Source: Cyanophora paradoxa CCMP329 (Eukaryota > Plantae > Glaucophyta). Taken from it: DNA of 64,000 bases. Both the position numbers and the translations under genes were made by a program. The notes beneath the pieces were generated by a model that saw nothing but the letters and a program-made list of their open reading frames with translations, had not been told where the DNA came from and did not search any database. The DNA is taken from assembly GCA_004431415.1 (NCBI GenBank), contig QPMI01000134.1, positions 1 to 64,000 on the forward strand. Reading direction: 5' to 3'. Positions 1 to 12,100 of this stretch are shown here, in pieces (position 1 is the stretch's first letter; each line of letters opens with the position of its first letter).

Positions 1-241
1 GCGCGACGCCCGACCCCCGGCTCGCTCGGGAGCCCTGCGCCCGCGGTCGCTCGCCCCCGAGCTCCGCTCGCGGCCCCCGAGCCGAAAGCTAGGCGGAGCC
101 CGCGGCTGCTAGAAAGGAAGCTAGCCGCCCCACGCCACGCCTGCGCGCCGCCCTGCCCGCCCCGCCCCGCCCGGCCCCCGGCTCGCTCGCTCGCCCGCGC
201 CCCTCGAGCCGAGCCGCCGCATGGGGCGGGCCCGGGCGCAG

Positions 242-3200
242 CCGGAGCAGACGATGTACGCGAAGGAGTACTACAAGCGGGAGGCCGCCGACGCCCTCCT
301 CGACGTCCGCCGCGAGGTGAGCGAGACCCAGTCTCGATGATCCGATCTGGCCCAGACTAGTCTAGCTAGGCCTATCCAGTCCGGTCCTCCGGTCTAGTCC
401 AGCTGGCCCCTTGTCTTAGCTTGCCTAGCATAGCATCTGCCTCTCTTTAGGCCCTAGCTGACTCCTCCTCGCAGTTCTCGGGTGCCGATTCTGCTCTGGA
501 CGGACCACGGGCCGCTTCCGGGCGAGAAGGTCAGGCCCTTACCCGCGGGCCTCTACCCCCGCCCCCTCGCGATCCACTCGCCCCCGGCCATCTTCCACGC
601 CGTGCCGCTCCTTATGCGCTCACGTCGGACTCTAAACCGCGGCCTCCACCCGGGCTACCTACCCACGCCCGGCGTCCCTCACGCCACTCACCGCCCCTCA
701 CGCGCCCCCGCGCCCGCCCGCCCCAGATCCGGCGGATGCACGGGAGGACCCCCTCCCGAACCGGCCCCCGATCCTCAAGTCCGCCCTCGTCATCCGGTCC
801 GTCCGCTCCGCCCGCGCCGCCCGCCCGCCCGCCCTCCTTTCGCTCGTCTACATTAAAAGCTCCTTAGCTTCCATTTCTAAAGTCTCGGAAACTTCCATAG
901 CTATAGCTAGAGTCTCGAACAGCGTCAGCGCGCCCTCCCGGCCGGGCCCTTGAGCAGCCAGCACGGATCATCTGATCTCTGAACTGGCGCGCAGGCGCCG
1001 GCGTGGCGGACGGCGAACTTCCTGTGGGACCCCACGAGCCGCACCAAGTGGGACAAGGTGCCCCGTCCTCGAATTTGATCCTAGATTGGATCTCGTGGAT
1101 TCTCGTGGATTCCGTGGATTTCCTCAGCTCAGATCCCAGATCGTTCTTGAATTTGATCCCTAGATTGGATTCTTTAGAAGATCCGATAGCGGAGCGCTCG
1201 TTTTTCCGAGCGCCCTCAGAGTTTTAGCTTCCTAGCTAGCTTACTTCCCAAGCTCATCTAACCAATTGTTCTCCGGCCCCCCCTCGCCCGCTCGCCCGCG
1301 CGCGCAGCTGGCGCTGCGGTGCGGGGTGGTTGACGAGCTGGAGCGGACGACGCGGGTCGACTACGTCGAGGAGACGAACCTGCTCCCGGGTCACCTCCCC
1401 CGCAACATGGTCCTCGTCGCCACCGTCCAGGTGGGCGCCAGCACCCGTCTGGCTGCCGGGCTCTGGGGCGAGAGGGCGGGCGGGCGCCGGTCCCGCTGAC
1501 ACGGCTCCCTCTCTGCAGCGCGACCTGCACGCGCGCATGTTCGTCATCGCCTACCGCTCCGTCATCCACAAGAAGGGTGCTTCGCTTAACCCTGCTTCAC
1601 CCTGCTTCTCTTTTTCCGCGAGCTGCGCTGTTCTGAACCGGGGCGCGCAGTCAAGGTGGAAGGGCAGTTCATCCGAGCGCACGTCTTCAAGGGGGTGCGC
1701 GACGTGTGGCGGGGCGGGGGGCGGAAGACGGGGCGCGGCACGGCGCGAAGCGAGAGGGGGCGCGGCGCGGAGCTTCGCAAGACTGGGCGGCAATACGCCG
1801 AGCGGCGGGGCGGGGCGGGACGCGGCTATCGATATCTCCCTTCCGGCGCAGCGCAGCTCCGCTAGCTCGCGTCTCGACTCTGGAGCACTAGCAGGAGAGC
1901 CTGACGGGGCGGGGCGCGGGGCGGCAGGGCTTCATCGTGCGCGAGGTCGACGAGCGCAGCAGCGAGCTGACCTACGTCATCCAGATGGACGTCAAGGTAG
2001 CCTACCCCCCCCTTTTCGTCCCCTCCCCGTGACGTCACGCCCACCGTGACGTCGCGCCGCTCGATTAGGGCGTCCTATCGCGCGTCACGGCGGAGCATTA
2101 CTTCGCGCGGCGCATGCTGGCGCCGCAGCAGGCAGGCTTTCCCGTACCCCTCTTGTCTTCCTCCCCGCTCTTCCTCAGTGCCGCCCCCCTCCCCGCTTTG
2201 CAGATCGGGTACGCCCTTAGGATCGAGTACCTGTCCAACTGCGGGAAGGTGTGTGTACCCCGGCCGGGCTCCGCGGGCCCCGTACCCCGTCTCGCGGGCC
2301 GCGCTGACGCCCCTGGCAGTGGATCAAGGGCGGGCTCTTCCCCCCCCGCTCCCTTGTCTCTGAGTCGCGGCACATCCAGGGGGCCCTGAAGAAGGTACGA
2401 GCTGGAGCACGCTCTTGTTTGTTCCCGCGCGTTTCCTCGCTCGGGAGCTGACGGGTACGCGGCAAGATCCGGGGGATGAAATCGCTGGTGTCGTTCCTTC
2501 CGGGGTCCTCGTCGGGGCAGCCGTCGCCCACGGCTCCGAGGAGGAGCAGCCGGGGACCGCGCCCCGCCCCGCCGCACGAGGGCGCGGAGGCGCCGGGGGG
2601 GAGGCCCGCGGGGGGTACGGAATCCGGGCCCACGAGGCGGCGGCGCCCCGCGAGCCCAGGCGGACCCCGAGAGGGCGCGCGTACCCTCCCCGGGCCGGAC
2701 GCCGACGCGCCGTCGCCGCAGCCGTTGCCGGGCCGCCCGAGTCGGCGCAGCCGTCGCGGAAGGCTGCGCGGCTCGCCGCACCGCAGCCGCTCGACGTTGC
2801 GGGCGACCGTTCCCCCTCCCCTTCCCTCCTCCCCGTCGCCGTCGCGGCGGCGGCCGGGGCCGCGCGGCGGCCGCAGCGAAGTCGCCGCAAGGGCAGGGCC
2901 GGCGGGCGTGCAGAGGGGCCAGCGGTCCCCGGCCCTGGGAAGGCGGCGCCCTCGATCGGGAGCGCTGCCTCCCTAGAGGCCGCCCCCGCCCCGGACGCGG
3001 CGGGGCTCCTGGCGACCCTCAAGCCCCGCCCCGCGCTGCCGCCCGCCGCCGGAGCCGGAGCCGGAGCCGGCGCCGGGTCCTCCCTCGCCGCCGCCGCCGG
3101 CGCCGCCGTGCCCCGCCCGTCAACAACGGCGGCGGCGGCGTCGGCTTCTCCCCCGCCGCCGCCTCCGTCCCGGGCTCTTGCCCGACTCCTTCAGCTGGCA

Positions 3201-5276
3201 GCAGCCGGACCAGCGGCGGCCCTCGACGAGCGATGGCCTCGCCGGCTCGAGCCTCCTCCGCCGGGCGCGGTCATCGCGGGCATCAGGTCCGTCCGCCCGC
3301 GCGCCCGCTGCGCTGCGCCGCACAGAAGATGCTTGCTGGCCGCTCTGTCTACCCTTCCATCTCTGCGCACCTGTCCTTTACCCGCCCGCCTCCCGCCCGC
3401 GCGCAGGCGGGCGTCGACGGCGGCGAGCCTGCCGCGCACCTACTCCGGCACCTCCCTCGCATCCACCGTCCTCCTCAACCCGCCCCAAGTGAGAGAGAAT
3501 CTGCTGAGCCTCCTCTAACAGACCCTTCCTCTCTCCTCCCTCGAATCTTCTTCCGCCCCTCACGCCCCTCGCAGACGGCGCCGGCGGGCCGCCGAAGCGG
3601 CCGAGCGGCCTCAGCGCCCTCCAGGTCCCCCCCCCCCCCCCAGAGGCCCCGGGCCCGAGAGGCTCGAATCTGGCCGGACCTGGGCCTGGATCTAGCTCGA
3701 ACTTAGAGAACCTAGAGGACCTAGAGAACGCTGGCGGCCTCCGCGCCTCCTCCTCATCGCGCCGGCAGGCGCTGCTGGACGCGAGTCCGGTGGTCTTCGA
3801 CGCGGAGGAGCTCGCCCGCGAGGAGCGCCGCCTCCGCCGCCGCCGCCGGTGCGAGCCGCCCGCCCCGCCCCGGCCCAGCCCGGCGCCACGTCGTCGCTCG
3901 CTGTAGCTATCTACACCGTGAGTGCTAGAGAACGAGGTCTCTTCTGACGGTGCTGCGCAGGCTGGCGAGGCAGGCGGCGGCGGAGGCGCGGGCGGACGCG
4001 GAGCGCGTGGCGACGCCGGCGGCCCTGCAGCAGCTGCAGCTGCAGCACTCGGCGACGGCCCCGGGGGCGCTCGCGCCGGGCCTGGCGGGGCGGTGGCGCA
4101 GCTCGCCGCGCGGCGCATGTCGCGGCGCATGTCCCTCATGAAGCTCGCCGAGCTGGCAGCGCAGGGCGCCGAGGTCTCCGCCTTTCTGAGGTGCCGCCCT
4201 CCTCCCTCTCGCGCCTCCGCAGAGCCTCACTTCGTTCGCCGCGGCGCAGCTCGGACGGCTCGCCGCTGCGGCAGTCGGCGGGCGGCGGCGGCGGGGCGGG
4301 CGGGTGGAGCGAGGAGAGCAGCTCGGGGAGCAGCGCGGAGGAGGCGGCCGCCAACTCGGCGCAGGAAGAGGACGAGGCCGAAGAGGAGAGGATGCGCGAG
4401 GTGCGCCGCCGGCGCCGCTGTTCGCCTTCGTTCGCTTCTGTCTGCCGTCCGCTGAGGGCGGTCCCGGGTACAGGAGGACCCGCTTAACCTCACGGGCTGG
4501 GCGAACGCTCGCCAGGCGAAGAAGGCGCGGCACCGGGGGGCGGGGGCGGGGCCCGCGGCCCCCGGGCAGGAGGGCAGGGCGGCCGCCGCGGCTGCGGCGA
4601 AGGGGCCGCTCAAGTCGGGCGGGGTGGGGGCCCGCCTCTTCCGGAAGTATATGGCGGTACCCCTCCCGTCCATGCGGCTCCTCAGGGAGCGCGGCTCCGC
4701 TCGCCCTCCCCGGACTCCGCTCGGCTTCTCCCCCCCGGGCCCAGACCGCCGCCGGCCGCGTCCGCGTCTCTACCCCCCTCGACCCCGTCCACCAGGCGGT
4801 GCGCGTACCCCATCCCGCCTCCGTCTCACCCGCCGCCCCCTTGACCGGGTACGGCAGGCTCTGGACTTTGCGAACGCGCGGGCGGAGGCGCGGAGGCTGC
4901 GGCACGAGGCCGGCGTGAGCGCGTCCGCGGGAGCCTCTCCTTCGGCGACCTACCCCCCGCCGGCGACCTCCCGCCGGGCCTCAGATACGTACCCCGCCGC
5001 GGAACAGGCGGGCGTCCACGGCGGACGGGTACGCCGCTCCTCCGCGTCGGGCGGGGGCGCCGGAGGAGCAGCATACTGGCGCCCGCCGGATCCGAACCGC
5101 CGCTCGCCGGCGCCGGGGCCGGGCCGGGGCCCCACGGGCGCGGCCCCGGGCACCTCTCCGTCGCGCAGTCGGCCCCCTCGCTCGGGGGCCTGGGCCTGCG
5201 CTCCGGCGCCCGCCCCGCGACGGTCCCTGCGGAGCCCGCCCGCCCGCATCTAGGCCTGCCCCCGGGGGCGGCGTGA
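242..5276 (+). CDS. START-domain (StAR-related lipid transfer) protein with long low-complexity C-terminus, copy 1 (5' end outside window; many 1-nt homopolymer indels)
   Basis: Same exon chain as copy 2 (position 1 corresponds to 9395). It differs mostly by single-base deletions in C/G runs that break the frame, so either consensus error or pseudogene. Confidence 0.7.
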
Positions 5277-6071
5277 CCCTCTGGTACTAGTGTCCCTGCC
5301 CGAGTCTGAGCCCAGGCTCAAGCTCGCTCTTCTGTGCACTATGGTTTTGTCCTTATTCTAGTAAGCGTTGTGTCTTATATATTTCGGCATCCCACTGATC
5401 CTGCCCCGCAGCCCACTCGCGCCGCACGCCCATGCCAAGCCCGAGTCTGTTTTTCTGCTCCGCTCCCAAGGCCGAACGATAACCCGAGCCCCGTGCCCAA
5501 GCTACCCTAGCCCCGAGCGCTAGCCCGAGCTACCCTCGCAGTCGATCTCGCCGAAAAACATCGTACGTATATACGGACAGACTCGTGATCAAAGACAGAA
5601 TCTTAGGCAGCTAGGATAGAACCGCTAGACAAGAATCACAATTTGGAAAGACAAATTACGCCCAGCCGCCTGAATCACTCAACCGAATTCGAAGGGAAAT
5701 TAAAGACTCTGGCGAATGCAGAGTGCCGGGCCCGCGGCCGGGCCCCCTCGTCGCAGGCCTCGTCGAGGGGGGCGGGGGTGCCACGGTGCTCAGGGAGGGC
5801 TGAACCTCGGGAGCACCGAGAGCACCCGAGGCATCCTCCAGGGGGGGGGGGGGGGGGGGGGGGGGGGGGAGAACGGCGGGGGAGGGGGAGGGGGAGAGGG
5901 AGGGCCTCTCCAGGGGCCCGGGCGCCGCGGAGCGCCGCGCCGCGCGGGCGGGCGGAGGCGGAGGCGCTGACGGCGGGCGGGAGGAAGCGAGCGAGCGACG
6001 GCCTGGGGCCCGACCGGGGCTCGCCGCGGCGCGGGGGGCGAAGCGGAGCCGGGCGGAGGCGGGCGGGGCCG

Positions 6072-6240
6072 TCAGCGGCGGGCGGCCTCGTCGCAGGCCT
6101 CGAGCAGGATCCGGACGCTGACCTGCCGGGATCTCTCCAGCTGGCACACCGGTCGGTTTCTTTGGCCGAGAAGCCGGGGAGGGTGGCGGCGCACAGGCGG
6201 GGAAGCGGCGGGACTTCTCGTCGTGGAGGAGCACGAGCAA
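6072..6240 (-). pseudogene. Remnant of last two TIR exons of the LRR-TIR gene
   Basis: Reads VLLHDEKSRRFPA / GEIP...VSVRILLEACDEAARR*, homologous to 58178-58410 with internal deletions; no upstream exons are present. Confidence 0.75.
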
Positions 6241-6989
6241 TTTTCACGTATATATACATACGTAGGGGCAGCCGGCGGCCATAAGAAAAATGAATTGGAA
6301 AATGGGAGCCGGGGGCGGGGGCGGGGGCGGGGCGGGCGGGGCGGCGCCAAGAGGAGTGGATTGGAAGCCGCGAGCTGTTGGTGCGCTGCCGATGGCGAGG
6401 CTCGGGCCTCGGGTCTCGGGGGAGGCGGCGCGCGCCCTCAGAGTCAGCGCGGGAGAACTCGAGGAAGAGGAGTCGCAGGCTGAAAGGCCGCGATCGGGCG
6501 CAGGGGCGCGGGCGGGCCCGCGCCCCGCTGGCGGGCCCTCGCGCCCTGCAGCTGCCTCCAGATCTCTCATGATCAGTCTATCGGGCCAGTACTATAGCTA
6601 GAACTAGTCACGTGCACTGGGCCACTGCATGGGGAAGGGGAAGGGGGTCCTTCCCCAATGATAGCGCTAGCCTAGTACACGTATACGTAGCTAGCTATAG
6701 CTATAGCTATATAGCTATAGCTGCCACGGCCTCAGCTCTTAATTCGGCCCTTCCATTTCGCTGCGAAAATCGGGCGAGTCTTTTTATGGAAAATCGGGCG
6801 AGTCCCGTCCCGGTTTTTTGTATGGGCCAGTTTGCAACGTCAGTGGGCGCCCGCCATAGTAAAAGACCGGGAATTTTCCCGGTTTTTTGTGGTAACGAGC
6901 TCGGATCCCGCGGGGCCCGCTTTTCAAACAAAGCCGCATTCGCGTCGCTGCGCACGCGGCACACGATGCGACGTAGCTACAGCGCGCGG

Positions 6990-8385
6990 AGAGGCGGTAG
7001 AGAGGCCGGGGCGGCGTGCGGGCGGCCGGTGGACGCCGGCGCAGCGCCCCCGGGTAGCGGCGGGGCGGGCCGGGGCGCGGGGCGCGGGCGCGGGGCGCGG
7101 GCGCGGGGAGAGAGGCGGGGGCGCTGCTGGGGACGGCGGCGGCGGCGCGGGCCGATCGGCGGCGCAGCGGCCTCAACCTCCGTCCCCCTCCGCCGGGCCC
7201 GGCCCGACGCGCCCGCCCCGCCCGCCCCCGCGCCAGTCCTCCTCCCGCGGCTGCGGGCGGGCGGCGGTGAGCGCGGGGGCCGCGGGGGCGGGGCCGGTGT
7301 CGGGGCGCGCACCGCGGGCGGGCGCCGGGGAGGCGCGAGCGGCGGGCGGGCCTCGGGCTCCGCAGCGGCTACGGTCGCTCCGGCGGGGGCGCGCGGCTCG
7401 GCCGGGGCCGCCGCGAGGCGCTCCTCCGCCAGCGCGCCCGCCGGCGGCCCCGGAGGCGAGGTCGAGGAGGGCGGGGGCGGGCGGGGTCGGGGAGGGCGAG
7501 GGCGGCGCCGTCCGCGGGGCGATCGGCGGGGGACGAGGCGGGCGAGCGCGGCGCCCGCCGGCCGGCCCTCAGCTCCGGGCACCGCCTGCTCCGAGGGCGG
7601 CCCTGCTTCGTCCTGCTTCCGCCGCCGCCGCTCCTCCGCCGCCCCCGCGCCCGCGCCGCCGCAGCTCGGGCCGCCGTCCGATGCCCGCGCCTTTGCCTGC
7701 GGCCGCTGCGGCGTACGCGCCGGAGAGCCTCGGCCCGCCGGCGCCGCCTCCGCGCCCACGGGCCGCGCGCCGCCGGGGCGCACGCGCGGCGAGGGCGGCG
7801 CCCTGGGGCGGGCGGGGCGGCGGGAGGGGAGTGGCGGCGGGGGGCCGCGGGGCGCTGCGGGGGCCGAGCTGCGGGGCGGCCGCCGGGGGAGCGCCCTGTG
7901 CAGAGGAGAGCGGACTCCGGGCGCGAGGGCCGTACGCAGAGGCCGGCCGCCGCCTCACAGCTGAGCGGCGCCCCGTGCCGCGCCGGCTCCGTTGGATTCG
8001 CGGCGGTTACTAACTGCCGACAGCCGTTAGGCTAACTGCCGCGCAGCGGAGGGGGCGGCGCTTCGGGGCTTCGGGGCACACGCTGCTCCTCGCTGGGGAC
8101 CGATGCGGGGCGGCCTCCGTGCCGCGAACCGCGTCACGGGCAATGCCGAGCCGTGCTCCACGGGCTTCGTGCTCCGCGCCCCACTCACGGCGACTCCGCC
8201 CTTCGCCCGCCAGTCCATTCAAGCGCGGCGCGGCCATCCGGGGCGACCTGCCGCGGGCGTGCGTCAGCTTCGACTTCGCCGCATGCAAATGCACGACGCT
8301 GTGCGAACCAATGCCCTCCGCCAAGGCCGCCGCCGCCGCCGCGCCTCCGCCGAGCTCGCGACGACCGCGAGCGGCCATTGCGGCG
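6990..8385 (-). other. Possible low-complexity spliced gene divergent from START copy 2; its homolog upstream of copy 3 (~24085-24959 + 50373-51055) is split by the TG...CA element
   Basis: Block conserved between repeat units with intron-like GT..AG segments; no recognisable domain. Confidence 0.25.
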
Positions 8386-9135
8386 CTTCCAAGGGAGGCT
8401 GATCGTGCTCCAGATGCGTGGAGGAGCGCATTCTGTTGGCCAGCTGCTCGCCCGCACGCTGTGGAGCGAGATCTCGTCACGATTTCTGTGCCGGCTTGGG
8501 GTACAGCGATCGCCCGCTTCGCCACCTTCGCTCCTCGGGCTTCGATGCGCCTTGCGGCGCGGCGCCGGTATACGTGCATTCTATCTCTATCGACGGCATG
8601 TGCTGGTCTAACACGCGCCGCTCGCAGCCTTGCGATCTTGTGCGACTCGGCGATGCGGTCGATTGCAGGGATCAGCGCGCGCGCAGGCGCGCGGCTCGAT
8701 GCGAGTGCGATGCGATCCCGGCGTCGAGCGGATCCAGGTATGCGGCTCGGCCGCGCACGGACGCGCCCATCCTGCGCGACTCTGCCCGACTCTGCCGCCT
8801 CCGCTCCCAACGAGCCGGCCCGCGTCGACGTCACGCCCGCGCGCAAGCTCGCTGACGTCCGCCTCGAGCGGCGCCCCGCGGGCCCCTCGGACCCGCCGGT
8901 CGCCCCGCGCGAGAGGCGCCCCCGCAGCGCCGCGCGCCCCGCCTCCGCGCGCCCCTCGAGCTCCCGCAGGGCAGCGGCGGGCGCCCGCGACTCCTCCTCC
9001 TCCTCCCCGCGCGCCCGCCCCGCCCCGCCCGCGCGCCCCGCCCCGCCCCGCCCCGCCCCGCCCCGCCCCCGCAGCTTAGCTTACTGAGTCTTTGGCCTTG
9101 GCTCTCTGGCTGTTTACTCTCCGCCCAGGTTCGAC

Positions 9136-12100
9136 ATGGCGCACGTGCTGTTCCTCGGCGTGGACCGCGGCGAGGCGCACGGGGCCAAGAAGGTCGCCAC
9201 GGTGCGCGCCCCTCGTCTTATTCTTCTATAAGATTCTTTTACAAGAGCCGCGAGTATTGCTGTTTTTATTCTATCTAGATCTAGACCTTTATTCTATCTA
9301 TCGGCTCGAAGAGGGTCGCCACGGCGCGTGAGCGCGCCTACGGTCGAGGGCGAGATGAAGCTGGGCGGGGCTCGCGGCTGCTAGCAAGCTAGCCGCGCGA
9401 CGCCCGACCCCCGGCTCGCTCGGGAGCCCTGCGCCCGCGGTCGCTCGCCCCCGAGCTCCGCTCGCGGCCCCCGAGCCGAAAGCTAGGCGGAGCCCGCGGC
9501 TGCTAGAAAGGAAGCTAGCCGCCCCACGCCACGCCTGCGCGCCGCCCTGCCCGCCCCGCCCCGCCCGGCCCCCGGCTCGCTCGCTCGCCCGCGCCCCTCG
9601 AGCCGAGCCGCCGCATGGGGCGGGCCCGGGCGCAGCCGGAGCAGACGATGTACGCGAAGGAGTACTACAAGCGGGAGGCCGCCGACGCCCTCCTCGACGT
9701 CCGCCGCGAGGTGAGCGAGACCCAGTCTCGATGATCCGATCTGGCCCAGACTAGTCTAGCTAGGCCTATCCAGTCCGGTCCTCCGGTCTAGTCCAGCTGG
9801 GCCCCTTGTCTTAGCTTGCCTAGCATAGCATCTGCCTCTCTTTAGGCCCTAGCTGACTCCTCCTCGCAGTTCTCGGGTGCCGATCTGCTCTGGACGGACC
9901 ACGGGCCGCTTCCGGGCGAGAAGGTCAGGCCCTTACCCGCGGGCCTCTACCCCCCGCCCCCCTCGCGATCCACTCGCCCCCGGGCCATCTTCCACGCCGT
10001 GCCGCTCCTTATGCGCTCACGTCGGACTCTAAACCGCGGGCCTCCACCCGGGCTACCTACCCACGCCCGGGCGTCCCTCACGCCACTCACGCCGCCCCTC
10101 ACGCGCCCCCGCGCCCGCCCCGCCCCCCAGATCCGGCGGATGCACCGGGAGGACCCCCTCCCGAACCGGCCCCCGATCCTCAAGTCCGCCCTCGTCATCC
10201 CGGTCCGTCCGCTCCGCCCGCGCCGCCCGCCCGCCCGCCCTCCCTTTCGCTCGTCTACATTAAAAGCTTCCTTAGCTTCCATTTCTAAAGTCTCGGAAAC
10301 TTCCATAGCTATAGCTAGAGTCTCGAACAGCGTCAGCGCGCCCTCCCGGCCGGGCCCCTTGAGCAGCCAGCACGGATCATCTGATCTCTGAACTGGCGCG
10401 CAGGCGCCGGCGTGGCGGACGGCGAACTTCCTGTGGGACCCCACGAGCCGCACCAAGTGGGACAAGGTGCCCCCGTCCTCGAATTTGATCCCTAGATTGG
10501 ATCTCGTGGATTCTCGTGGATTCCGTGGATTTCCTCAGCTCAGATCCCAGATCGTTCTTGAATTTGATCCCTAGATTGGATTCTTTAGAAGATCCGATAG
10601 CGGAGCGCTCGTTTTCCGAGCGCCCTCAGAGTTTTAGCTTCCTAGCTAGCTTACTTCCCAAGCTCATCTAACCAATTGTTCTCCGGCCCCCCCTCGCCCG
10701 CTCGCCCGCGCGCGCAGCTGGCGCTGCGGTGCGGGGTGGTTGACGAGCTGGAGCGGACGACGCGGGTCGACTACGTCGAGGAGACGAACCTGCTCCCGGG
10801 TCACCTCCCCCGCAACATGGTCCTCGTCGCCACCGTCCAGGTGGGCGCCAGCACCCGTCTGGCTGCCGGGCTCTGGGGCGAGAGGGCGGGCGGGCGCCGG
10901 TCCCGCTGACACGGCTCCCTCTCTCTGCAGCGCGACCTGCACGCGCGCATGTTCGTCATCGCCTACCGCTCCGTCATCCACAAGAAGGGTGCTTCGCTTA
11001 ACCCTGCTTCACCCTGCTTCTCTTTTTCCGCGGAGCTGCGCTGTTCTGAACCGGGGCGCGCAGTCAAGGTGGAAGGGCAGTTCATCCGAGCGCACGTCTT
11101 CAAGGGGGTGCGCGACGTGTGGCGGGGCGGGGGGCGGAAGACGGGGCGCGGCACGGCGCGAAGCGAGAGGGGGCGCGGCGCGGAGCTTCGCAAGACTGGG
11201 CGGCAATACGCCGAGCGGCGGGGCGGGGCGGGACGCGGCTATCGATATCTCCCTTCCGGCGCAGCGCAGCTCCGCTAGCTCGCGTCTCGACTCTGGAGCA
11301 CTAGCAGGAGAGCCTGACGGGGCGGGGCGCGGGGCGGCAGGGCTTCATCGTGCGCGAGGTCGACGAGCGCAGCAGCGAGCTGACCTACGTCATCCAGATG
11401 GACGTCAAGGTAGCCTACCCCCCCCTTTTCGTCCCCTCCCCGTGACGTCACGCCCACCGTGACGTCGCGCCGCTCGATTAGGGCGTCCTATCGCGCGTCA
11501 CGGCGGAGCATTACTTCGCGCGGCGCATGCTGGCGCCGCAGCAGGCAGGCTTTCCCGTACCCCTCTTGTCTTCCTCCCCGCTCTTCCTCAGTGCCGCCCC
11601 CCTCCCCGCTTTGCAGATCGGGTACGCCCTTAGGATCGAGTACCTGTCCAACTGCGGGAAGGTGTGTGTACCCCGGCCGGGCTCCGCGGGCCCCGTACCC
11701 CGTCTCGCGGGCCGCGCTGACGCCCCTGGCAGTGGATCAAGGGCGGGCTCTTCCCCCCCCGCTCCCTTGTCTCTGAGTCGCGGCACATCCAGGGGGCCCT
11801 GAAGAAGGTACGAGCTGGAGCACGCTCTTGTTTGTTCCCGCGCGTTTCCTCGCTCGGGAGCTGACGGGTACGCGGCAAGATCCGGGGGATGAAATCGCTG
11901 GTGTCGTTCCTTCCGGGGTCCTCGTCGGGGCAGCCGTCGCCCACGGGCTCCGAGGAGGAGCAGCCGGGGGACCCGCGCCCCGCCCCGCCGCACGAGGGCG
12001 CGGAGGGCGCCGGGGGGGAGGCCCCGCGGGGGGGTACGGAATCCGGGCCCCACGAGGCGGCGGCGCCCCGCGAGCCCCAGGCGGACCCCGAGAGGGCGCG

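Noticed and set aside
1-5276. Frameshifts in START copy 1 as programmed frameshifting or certain pseudogenisation
   Set aside because: Almost all are 1-nt losses in homopolymers relative to near-identical copy 2, typical of low-coverage long-read consensus; undecidable without reads.
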